Source: Dehalococcoidia bacterium (GTDB taxonomy: Bacteria; Chloroflexota; Dehalococcoidia; SM23-28-2; RBG-16-64-32). From it: a DNA stretch of 64,000 nucleotides. Both the position numbers and the translations under genes were made by a program. Location of the stretch: positions 512,001 to 576,000 of the forward strand of contig CAXXTF010000001.1 of assembly GCA_963665775.2 (NCBI GenBank), read 5' to 3'. The notes beneath the pieces are model-generated. The model worked only from the letters and a program-made list of their open reading frames with translations. It was not told where the DNA came from and made no database searches. This document shows positions 42,894 through 50,544 of this stretch, piece after piece; position 1 is the stretch's first letter, and each line of letters starts with the position of its first letter.

Positions 42894-43661
42894 ATGAGCA
42901 AGTTCGCCGACCGTATCCGTCGCGTCAGCCGCCTGGAGACGTTACCCATGGGTTTCGGCGCTGGCGCCAGCCGCAAGCGCACGCCTTCCATGCTCTGTCT
43001 GCTTCGTCTCTCCGCCGATAAGATCGACGCGGCGGCCGAGGCCACGGCCAGGGGCGCCGACTCCGTCATCTTCGACAGCATAGATGGGGCCAAACTGAAG
43101 GAGCAGGCCCAGAAGGCGGACAGCCTGCTTCTGGGTGTGTGGATGGGCGCGGCGGAGCGCGACGGCGTCGCCGCCCAGCGCGAGGCGGGCGCGGATTTCG
43201 TGGTGCTGGAGCCGCAGTCGGCCTCGGCGGAGACGCTTCTGGAGGAGGGGATCGGCCTGGTGCTGGCCCTGGGCCAGGACATCTCGGACACCTCGCTGCG
43301 GCTGTTGGCTGACCTTCCCCTGGACGCTCTTCTCGTGCCCGCCCCGGTGGCGCCTCTGACCGTGGCCCGTCTGCTGGAGGTGCGGCGCATCGCCGTGCTC
43401 GCGCGCACCCCGCTCCTTATGGAGGTGGGGCAGGGGCTCGGTGCCTCACGGCTACAGGCCCTGCGCGACGCCGGGGTGGCCGGCGTCATCCTCGACGGCG
43501 AAGCGCTTGACCGCCTGCCCGATCTGCGGGCGGCGATAGATGCTCTCCCGGCCAGGGGCCGTCGCCGAGAGGAGCGCCCGGAAGCGGTGCTCCCAGCCCA
43601 CGGGGTGGTCGCCCCGGAAGAGGAGGAGGAGGGGGGGGAGGAAGAGGTCCCATTCCCCTAA
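42894..43661 (+). CDS. Hypothetical protein, possibly HpcH/HpaI aldolase-like TIM barrel
   Basis: Good Shine-Dalgarno (AAGGAG); alternating beta/alpha pattern (GADSVIFD, GADFVVL, GVAGVIL). Confidence 0.55.
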   Translation: MSKFADRIRRVSRLETLPMGFGAGASRKRTPSMLCLLRLSADKIDAAAEATARGADSVIFDSIDGAKLKEQAQKADSLLLGVWMGAAERDGVAAQREAGADFVVLEPQSASAETLLEEGIGLVLALGQDISDTSLRLLADLPLDALLVPAPVAPLTVARLLEVRRIAVLARTPLLMEVGQGLGASRLQALRDAGVAGVILDGEALDRLPDLRAAIDALPARGRRREERPEAVLPAHGVVAPEEEEEGGEEEVPFP

Positions 43662-43758
43662 GTTTTGGGGATGGTTCCTGGTGGAGTTAGCAACAGTGAG
43701 GCCGCTCCCAAAGGAGCGGCCTCACGTCGCGTGCGATCTGTGATTCGCAGTTCGGCTC

Positions 43759-43902
43759 TCAGTCCGCCGAGGGCAGCACCTTCGGCTGGATGAGACCCAT
43801 CGACTTGCCGCAGCAGTGAATGCCGCCGTCGCCGGCCTTTATGCACAACACCTCTGTACTACAGACCTCACACTGGAATCGCTTACCCAACTGGTTAGCC
43901 AC
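43759..43902 (-). CDS. Desulforedoxin-like FeCys4 small protein, copy 2 (not in ORF track)
   Basis: Manual translation MANQLGKRFQCEVCSTEVLCIKAGDGGIHCCGKSMGLIQPKVLPSAD*; Shine-Dalgarno GGAGG. Confidence 0.82.
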   Translation of the reverse strand: MANQLGKRFQCEVCSTEVLCIKAGDGGIHCCGKSMGLIQPKVLPSAD

Positions 43903-43920
43903 GGTCGACCTCCACCCTGC

Positions 43921-44040
43921 TTATTGCTTCTGCTGCATCGGTTGGTCGCAGCAGTGAATGCCGCCGTCACCGCCCTTGGTGACGATCATCTCGGAACCGC
44001 ACTTGTTGCATTGGTATCGCTTGCCTACCTGGTTGGCCAC
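43921..44040 (-). CDS. Desulforedoxin-like FeCys4 small protein, copy 1
   Basis: MANQVGKRYQCNKCGSEMIVTKGGDGGIHCCDQPMQQKQ*; CxxC-x15-CC. Confidence 0.82.
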   Translation of the reverse strand: MANQVGKRYQCNKCGSEMIVTKGGDGGIHCCDQPMQQKQ

Positions 44041-44154
44041 TACCCTCTGTCCTCCTACGGTTGCTACACGGCGTCCCGCCCCGGCGGGCCCCGCCCACGG
44101 CAATATAGCGCAGGATGCCCCCAGACGTCAACCGCCGCGCCCGCGGCCTGACCG

Positions 44155-45363
44155 TCATTCGCTGACGGTGATCTGCCCCCACATCTGGGTGGGATGAACG
44201 TCACAGCGGAAGACGAGGGTCGCCGGCGCGTCCAGAACGAAGGCGAACTCGCCTACCTCGCCGTTCCCCAGGAACGCGGTGGCGAAGTCGCCGGTATTCC
44301 AGTCGCCGTCGAGGCCGGCGATGCGGAGGTTGTGGAGCTGGGTCCCCGGATTGGTGAGGCGTATGGTCACGGACTCGCCTACCTTCATCGCGAAGTTGTT
44401 GAGGGTGAAGAAGTTGTCCTGAGAGTCCGTTTCGATGACGCCGTCCGTGGGCTCCACGAACTCCGATTGGACCTCCTGGGCGGTGGCCGGACGCTCCGGC
44501 TGCCCCGCGCCGCCGGCGGTGGCCGGAGCTACGGGGAGCTGGCCGCAGGGGGGGATTCCTTGCTCGCCTGTGAGCGGGTCCTGGGGCGACTGGGGCGGTA
44601 TGATCGGCCCGGCGAACACCTCCGTCCCCGTCTGGTGCTCCGTGGCCTTCGTCCCAAAGGCGCCTCTCTCTACCTCGATCTCGTTCGTCGCCTCCCGGAC
44701 CTCTACTATCTTCACCACCTCGTACGCATATAACCCTTCCACCCACTCGCCGCCAATTCGCAAGAGCATCTCTTCTTCCTCCGTTGACGCTTCCAGCTCG
44801 CTGACGTCGTTCAGGGTCAGCACCGTGACCGACTCGCTCGCTTGCTGAACGAGCTCCTTGTCCAGGCTGTCGAGGAGGTTCGCCTCCTCTATCGCCGCTT
44901 CCCACCCAATCTCGCTGACAGCGTTGGGGTCGGCTGGGGGATCAAAGCCGGGCATAGTGCCGGTAATGAGGGCGACCAGCTGGTCGATCTGGAAGTCGTT
45001 GAGGGGCCCCAACTGAGCCTGGGACCAGGGCGGCATCAGGGTGCCCACCCGTCCGCAGACGATGGTGTCGTGGATGCGGCTCTGCTTGGCGTTCACGTCA
45101 CCGATCGACACGGGCCGGTTCGCTTCGATGTTCAGAGGCACGCCCGGCAGCCTGACGCTCTCCAGGATCCCCTGCCCGGCCAGCCCGTGACAGGCCCGGC
45201 AGTTGAGGCCGAACAGCTCGCCGCCCCGCTCGGCGTTCACCTCCTGCTGGCGCAGCTCGGCGTCTTCCGCCCGCTGCGGGTCCCAGAGCCAGTAGAGCAG
45301 AGTGGCCAGCGCGAACAGCATCAACAGCCCCACCATCACATTTACCTGCTTGCTGGTATTCAT
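44155..45363 (-). CDS. Membrane-anchored cytochrome c fused to a C-terminal cupredoxin domain
   Basis: N-terminal transmembrane helix, CRACH, MPPW; C-terminal HN...CDVHPTQM type-1 copper ligands. Confidence 0.82.
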   Translation of the reverse strand: MNTSKQVNVMVGLLMLFALATLLYWLWDPQRAEDAELRQQEVNAERGGELFGLNCRACHGLAGQGILESVRLPGVPLNIEANRPVSIGDVNAKQSRIHDTIVCGRVGTLMPPWSQAQLGPLNDFQIDQLVALITGTMPGFDPPADPNAVSEIGWEAAIEEANLLDSLDKELVQQASESVTVLTLNDVSELEASTEEEEMLLRIGGEWVEGLYAYEVVKIVEVREATNEIEVERGAFGTKATEHQTGTEVFAGPIIPPQSPQDPLTGEQGIPPCGQLPVAPATAGGAGQPERPATAQEVQSEFVEPTDGVIETDSQDNFFTLNNFAMKVGESVTIRLTNPGTQLHNLRIAGLDGDWNTGDFATAFLGNGEVGEFAFVLDAPATLVFRCDVHPTQMWGQITVSE

Positions 45364-45396
45364 CGGGCGGGCGGGACCTCTGTCCTCATGCTTGCC

Positions 45397-46071
45397 TTAG
45401 GCCTCGGTTGCGCTTCCCGGCTCGTACGGGGCCGCCCGCCCGGGGTTCTCGGAGCTGCCGTTGATGGCGCTGCCCGGTCCCGTCTGAACGGTGATACTCC
45501 GGTCCTCCTCCACGGTCAGGGGGAACACGTCCATCGACCTCGGCGCCGGACCGAATACGATCACCCCGCCATCCTTCGTGTAAGTGGAGCCGTGGCAGGG
45601 GCAGCGGAACCACCCCTTGGTGTCCCCGAATGTGAAGCCCGGCTTCCAGGGGACGGTGCAGCCCAGGTGGGGGCACTTCGTCCACAGGGCCAGCAGGCCG
45701 CCGGGGGTCTCCTCGCCGCGGGGCGTTAGCCCGGCCTTGAGGTTCAGGAGCCAGAAGCGCCCCTCCGCTATTCGTCTCGGCTCGTCCCCCGCCTCGGGGA
45801 TGCGATCCGGGGTCACCGGGATCGGGCCGCCGAAGCCTTTCACGTTTCGCGGGTAGATGAAGTCAAAGGGCGAACCCAGGATACCCACTGTTGCCAGCAT
45901 CAAACCGCTCCAGAACCCGCCCAGGACGATCAGCCGCCGCGAAAACACGGGCCGCTTTTGCAGCGGCTTGGAGATGGGTGTGTCTACCGTCTGCGGCGTA
46001 GCAGCAGAGGGCGTCGCGGCGCCTTCGGCTACGCTTGCCGTTTGGTCCTGGGGCTCGCTCTCAGACTCCAA
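45397..46071 (-). CDS. Rieske 2Fe-2S subunit of the cytochrome bc complex
   Basis: SRR twin-arginine-like motif plus transmembrane helix; CPHLGC and CPCHGSTY; GPAPR. Confidence 0.92.
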   Translation of the reverse strand: MESESEPQDQTASVAEGAATPSAATPQTVDTPISKPLQKRPVFSRRLIVLGGFWSGLMLATVGILGSPFDFIYPRNVKGFGGPIPVTPDRIPEAGDEPRRIAEGRFWLLNLKAGLTPRGEETPGGLLALWTKCPHLGCTVPWKPGFTFGDTKGWFRCPCHGSTYTKDGGVIVFGPAPRSMDVFPLTVEEDRSITVQTGPGSAINGSSENPGRAAPYEPGSATEA

Positions 46072-46223
46072 CCTCAGATCACCTCGTTATAGCGGCGTTG
46101 ACGTTTCCCATGGTTCCGTCGGGGGACTCCCCCCTACCATAGGTAGCAGGGTGCATCCCGATACGGGGCGATCTTGGTCTCACCAAGACAGGCGGCCCCC
46201 GCGAAAGAATCTCAAGGATGGCA

Positions 46224-47201
46224 TTACCCCTCATCCACCTTAATCTCCGTGGGCCAGATCAAGGCCTGACCCTCACCCCGGAAGAAGCTGCCCACCATGG
46301 ACAGGGTCAAGTAGGAGAATATCACTGCCGTGAACATGATGATGAAGACGTCTCGCCTAGTGCGAACCCAGCCCAGCCGGAACAGCACGTATATGATCAG
46401 CACCGAGAAGAAAGCGATGGTGCTCAGCGGGATCACCTGCTCCGCAATCACGCTGGGCAGGTTGATGTGCATGTCATGCCAGAGGTGGAAACTCTTCCAT
46501 CTCCAGTCCAGGTTGTTGAAGGGGACGGAGATGTTGTCGAGGTCCTCGGGCCAGTCCAGATGGGCGTCGCCGGGACTGCCAGCGATCCGGGGCACTAGGA
46601 TGCTGAACTGCAGCCGCTTGGAGATGTCCTTCGTGTTGACGATCCCCAGGTGTTTGGCGCCCTCTTCGTCAGCGAGGCAGAAGACCGGGTGACCACCCTG
46701 CGGGCAGGCAGGGATCCAACGCGTCAGGTACTCCGTGTGGGTACGGTCCCCGGCGTCGAACACCACCAGGCCGAAGCTGACGACAACAGCATATACGATT
46801 GAGATCAGGGTGAGGCGGACGGAGTATTTCGTCCCAAACCAGACCCCCTGACCCTCTGGGCTCCGGTCGAGGTAGGGGATAGAGGCGAGGAAGACCAGAG
46901 CGATGGTGGGCAGGAGCACCCCCGCCCAGGCCTTGTCCATGTGCAGGAGTAGCTCCTGCAGGTTGAGGAAGTACCAGGGGGCCTTGGAAGGATTGGGTGT
47001 AACGTCGGGATTCGCTCGGTTCAACAACGGTGCGTTGATGAACACCGAGAGCATCACGAAAGTGAGCAGGAACAGGACAGCGGAGATAAACTCAATGAAG
47101 ACCAGATCCGGCCACACCATCACCTCTTCCTCCCGCTCCCGTTTGGGGCGCGGGCGGGCCGGCCGGGTGCGCTGGGCTGATCGCTGGGCCTCTACCGCCA
47201 T
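46224..47201 (-). CDS. Cytochrome b C-terminal part / subunit IV (PetD-like) with large insertion
   Basis: VWPDL, A.P..TPNPSKAPWYFL..QELL, PYLDRS. Confidence 0.85.
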   Translation of the reverse strand: MAVEAQRSAQRTRPARPRPKREREEEVMVWPDLVFIEFISAVLFLLTFVMLSVFINAPLLNRANPDVTPNPSKAPWYFLNLQELLLHMDKAWAGVLLPTIALVFLASIPYLDRSPEGQGVWFGTKYSVRLTLISIVYAVVVSFGLVVFDAGDRTHTEYLTRWIPACPQGGHPVFCLADEEGAKHLGIVNTKDISKRLQFSILVPRIAGSPGDAHLDWPEDLDNISVPFNNLDWRWKSFHLWHDMHINLPSVIAEQVIPLSTIAFFSVLIIYVLFRLGWVRTRRDVFIIMFTAVIFSYLTLSMVGSFFRGEGQALIWPTEIKVDEG

Positions 47202-47216
47202 ATAGAGAGGTCCCGC

Positions 47217-47996
47217 CTAAAGGGGCCTCGCTAGGCCGCCATCTCGGCGGACCCGCCAGAAGTGCACTCCCATCAAGACCGCCGCTATCAGCGGTAGGGC
47301 GAGGACGTGCAGCGTGTAGAAGCGGATGAGGGCGCTAGGGCCGATCTCGAAGCCGCCGAAGACCACCAACTGCGTCTCGTCCCCGAAGTAGGGAGCCGAG
47401 CCGCCGATGCCGTGGCCGACGGTGATCGCCCACAGCGCTAGCTGGTCCCAGGGCAGCAGGTAGCCGGTGAAGCTGAGGACGAGGGTGAGCACAAGGAGAA
47501 TCACCCCCACTATCCAGTTGAACTCCCGCGGCGCCTTGTAAGCCCCGGTGTAGAAGACGCGCATCATGTGCAGGAAGACAAGGATAACCATGGCGTGGGC
47601 GGTCCAGCGGTGCATATTGCGCATGAACAGTCCCCACCTTACGTTCGTCTCCAGGGCTGCTATGTCCTGGTAGGCCCGGTTCACGTCCGGGACGTAGTAG
47701 AACATGAGGAGGATGCCGGTCACAGTGAGGATCAGGAACATGAAGAACGTTAGGGTGCCCGCACAATACGTATGCGTGATCTTGACGTGCGTCCTGTGAA
47801 TGCGGGTGGGATGCAGGTGGAGGAAGACGTTGGTTGCCACTACCAGCATCTGATTTCGCGGGGTGTTGGGGTAGCCGGAGCGAAATACGGAGCGCCAGAT
47901 GTAGTTGTGGAACACGGCAGAGTAAACACGGTCCTGTAGGACCTGGATCTTTTCCTGGAGGTTGCGTGGTCTACGCGGCTCTTCGGTTGCCGACAT
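47217..47996 (-). CDS. Cytochrome b6-like N-terminal subunit (PetB/QcrB-like)
   Basis: TGILLMFYY.P, RNMHRW.AH......HM.RV, GAYK.PREFNW, FTGYLLPWDQ, RFY.LH. Confidence 0.93.
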   Translation of the reverse strand: MSATEEPRRPRNLQEKIQVLQDRVYSAVFHNYIWRSVFRSGYPNTPRNQMLVVATNVFLHLHPTRIHRTHVKITHTYCAGTLTFFMFLILTVTGILLMFYYVPDVNRAYQDIAALETNVRWGLFMRNMHRWTAHAMVILVFLHMMRVFYTGAYKAPREFNWIVGVILLVLTLVLSFTGYLLPWDQLALWAITVGHGIGGSAPYFGDETQLVVFGGFEIGPSALIRFYTLHVLALPLIAAVLMGVHFWRVRRDGGLARPL

Positions 47997-48006
47997 CTAG
48001 CCCCTC

Positions 48007-48129
48007 TTAGCGAGACCACCACGAGGCTAACAGGACGAGGATACCCAGCGAGCCGAGGATGGTGAACAAGACCGCCAGGAATTCGAACCCCTCTGGCACT
48101 TGTCGGAACAGTATGTCCAACGCCGGCAC
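48007..48129 (-). CDS. 40-aa single-helix membrane peptide, first gene of the bc operon (not in ORF track)
   Basis: MPALDILFRQVPEGFEFLAVLFTILGSLGILVLLASWWSR*; purine-rich ribosome-binding region; stop 10 nt before cytochrome b. Confidence 0.6.
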   Translation of the reverse strand: MPALDILFRQVPEGFEFLAVLFTILGSLGILVLLASWWSR

Positions 48130-48204
48130 GGTGCTTAGTCCCTTCCCCTTCCCGGTCGAAAAGAGAGCGCTACGGTCCCTATTGTGAAACCGGTAGCAAA
48201 TGGC

Positions 48205-48234
48205 ACTCTAGCATCAGGCCCCGATTACTGTCAA
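48205..48234 (-). promoter_or_regulatory. Promoter of the cytochrome bc operon
   Basis: TTGACA-N18-TAGAGT with extended -10 TGn. Confidence 0.6.
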
Positions 48235-48396
48235 GGGTATCTGTGCTATTTTAGGGCGTGTGTTACCAAAATGCCACGCCTGGCCGTTCGAGCCGCCTGC
48301 GGCACCGGCGGCGGCCGACTGTAGGGCCTCGATCTGGGCCTGGGCGTCAGCTATCTGCTCTTGCAGGGCGCTGACTTCCGGGTTCTGTTTGGCCAT
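48214..48396 (-). CDS. Short coiled-coil protein, possibly the truncated last gene of the phage-like module
   Basis: Strong Shine-Dalgarno AAGGAGG; heptad-like N-terminus; 3' end runs into the bc promoter. Confidence 0.5.
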   Translation of the reverse strand: MAKQNPEVSALQEQIADAQAQIEALQSAAAGAAGGSNGQAWHFGNTRPKIAQIPLTVIGA

Positions 48397-48489
48397 TATG
48401 GGTCCTCCTTCTCAGGGCGCTTCGCTCTCGTGCTAGATCGCCTCTGCTTCTCCCGCCAAGCGGTGTGTTGGGCCTAGGGAGTTGCCAAC

Positions 48490-48693
48490 CTAGGCACCAC
48501 TGCGGCTGCCGAAATAGAAGCCGATGACGTTGCTGAGGGCGGCGATCCAGCCGCCCACTACTATCTTCGTCAGGTCCGATGAGGCGTCATGGGCCAGCAG
48601 GAAGCCGACGATGGCTCCCGCCGCCAGCACCACCCCCAGCGACATCAGGGAGCGCACGCTCCCCCGCGGCAGTCCTAGAGGCTCCTCGTTCAT
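48490..48693 (-). CDS. Small two-helix membrane protein (holin-like)
   Basis: PLGLPRGSVRS, two hydrophobic segments, VIGFYFGS; ATGA overlap with the portal stop. Confidence 0.65.
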   Translation of the reverse strand: MNEEPLGLPRGSVRSLMSLGVVLAAGAIVGFLLAHDASSDLTKIVVGGWIAALSNVIGFYFGSRSGA

Positions 48694-50051
48694 TGCTCTC
48701 CTCCTTCACTGTCGATTCGGCTCTCCTCTTCCTGCCAGCGCTCCCACTCGACGTCCGGGTCGGCCACCCCCAGGAGGCTGGCTGCCGTCCGGCGGGAGTG
48801 GATGCCGGCCTCTACCAGCCGTGCCTCCTCCTCCACTAGTCGCGCCCGGTCCTGGGGTAGGATAGGGCCCCAGACCACCCGCGAACGGTAGGGCGCAAAG
48901 CTCTCGCCCGTCTCCTTTTCCAGGATGCGGAGGGTCATCTCGTTTCGACGCCGGAAAGCGGCGGCGCGGATGAGCCGCTTCCGATTCACCTTCTTCAGCA
49001 GGGGGTCCAGCTCCATCTGGAGAGCGACGCCGGACAGGGCTTGCCGGGTCTCCCCGAAGTCGCTGCGCGGCACCTCCGCCAGGTCGTGCAGGGTGCGCAG
49101 CACCAGATTGGCATAGTCCACGTGCAGGCCAACGCCGCCCCCCTGGAGCAGGTCCAGCAGGTAGGCCTTCGCCTTCTCCGGGACCTCCCAAACAGCTCCC
49201 GGCTGCACGGCGATGTCCTGGGCCTCCGTGATGTTCTCCAGCACCGCGATGGGGTTCCCCGATAGCTCCAGGATCAGGGAGAGCTGGGAGACAGCCCGGT
49301 TGAGCTCTCGTAGGGGCTCCTTAAGGGCCGCCAGGTCGGAAATCCCCCAGAATTGCTTCGGCTCCCGCAGGTTGGGGTAGATGACGAAGGGGATGAAGCC
49401 GTAGGGGTTGGCCCGCTCCTCCCACAGGGCGCCGTCCAGCCAGAGCTGAAAATCGGATTCGGTTCAGGCCTCCACGATGGCATGCTCGCTCTTGCGCGAG
49501 CGCGGCAGCGAGCCGAACAGCCTCTCCGCCTCCTCGTGGTCGAGGACGTAGCGAGAGGCGACCCGCCAGACGCGGGAGGGGTCGTCCCCCAGCCACCAGG
49601 CGTACAGCCCCTGCACGTCCGGAGCGGAAACCCGCACCCGTCGCTCAAGGGGGTCCCAGGTGACCTTATAGGCGGCGTCTCCCAGGATGGAGCAGTCGAT
49701 CTCATTGTCGAAATCGAGCTGATCGAGGCTGTTCGCCTCGTATACCTCCCGGATGGCCCGTTCGGCGCGGCGGGCGCTCTCCAGCGCCTCGGGGGAGGCC
49801 TCCTCCGGCTCCACGATGAAGGAGACGCTGGACATAAGGTAGGAGGCCGTCTTCTCGATGACGGTCTTGGCGTAGTTGAAGGTGAGGCGGCGTTCGCGGC
49901 GCCGCTGGGGCTCCAGCCACTGGCGGCCCTGATAGAACTCCAGGTTCTCCCGGTAGGCCCTGAAGCGGCCCAGGTCCAGCCGGACCAGCTGCTGGGGCAG
50001 GGGAAGGGCATCCCCCTGAGCGCTCGCTGCCTCGGCGAAGGTGCTGACCAT
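48690..50051 (-). pseudogene. Phage portal protein (SPP1 gp6-like) with one in-frame TGA at 49464-49466
   Basis: FY.G.QW, RLTFNYAK, LGDA..KV.WD, NPYGFIPFVIYPN, SG.AL...L.PL..K; both ORF halves share a frame. Confidence 0.8.
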
Positions 50052-50067
50052 AGTTATGCCTCCATGT

Positions 50068-50529
50068 CTATCGGGCGGCCTGCCTGGCGGCGGGCAGTCC
50101 TCCCGCTGCGATCTGATCGTTCTCCGCCGAGGTGGGGTGGCCGTTTCGCCGGCGCCCCGGGGGCCGATCCTCCTGGCTCGCCTCGAGCCTTGTCGAAAGG
50201 ATGCGGAAGACGGTGCGGCGGGACACGCCGAAGCGTCCCGCCAGATCGTCCACCGTGGCGCCCCCAAGCCTCAGCTCCAGGATCTTCCGGTCGCGGTCGG
50301 CGTTGATAAGGGCCCGCAGTCCGCCCGGCTCGTCGTAGCGGCAGCGGTTCAGGGGGCAGGTGAGGCAGGAGGGGTGGACTTCGCAGCCGTTGTCCTGGTA
50401 GCGGATGTACTCGGGGAGGGCGTCGGCGCGGACTCTTTTGCCGGTAGGCATTGGGCCGGTAGGCATTGGGCGGACGCTGATGCTGGCCGTTCGACTGTGC
50501 TTGGGGTAGGTCTCCGTCAGAGGGGACAT
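50068..50529 (-). CDS. Cys-rich (C-x5-C-x2-C-x4-C) plus HTH DNA-binding protein
   Basis: GCEVHPSCLTCPLNRC; DLAGRFGVSRRTVFRIL helix-turn-helix. Confidence 0.75.
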   Translation of the reverse strand: MSPLTETYPKHSRTASISVRPMPTGPMPTGKRVRADALPEYIRYQDNGCEVHPSCLTCPLNRCRYDEPGGLRALINADRDRKILELRLGGATVDDLAGRFGVSRRTVFRILSTRLEASQEDRPPGRRRNGHPTSAENDQIAAGGLPAARQAAR

Positions 50530-50544
50530 CGGCAGCGCTCCCTT

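Noticed and set aside
29240-49466. Genome-wide stop-codon reassignment explaining the internal stops
   Set aside because: TGA (rpsJ, rplC, rplE) and TAG (rplW, rplN, secY) end conserved genes at their expected positions.
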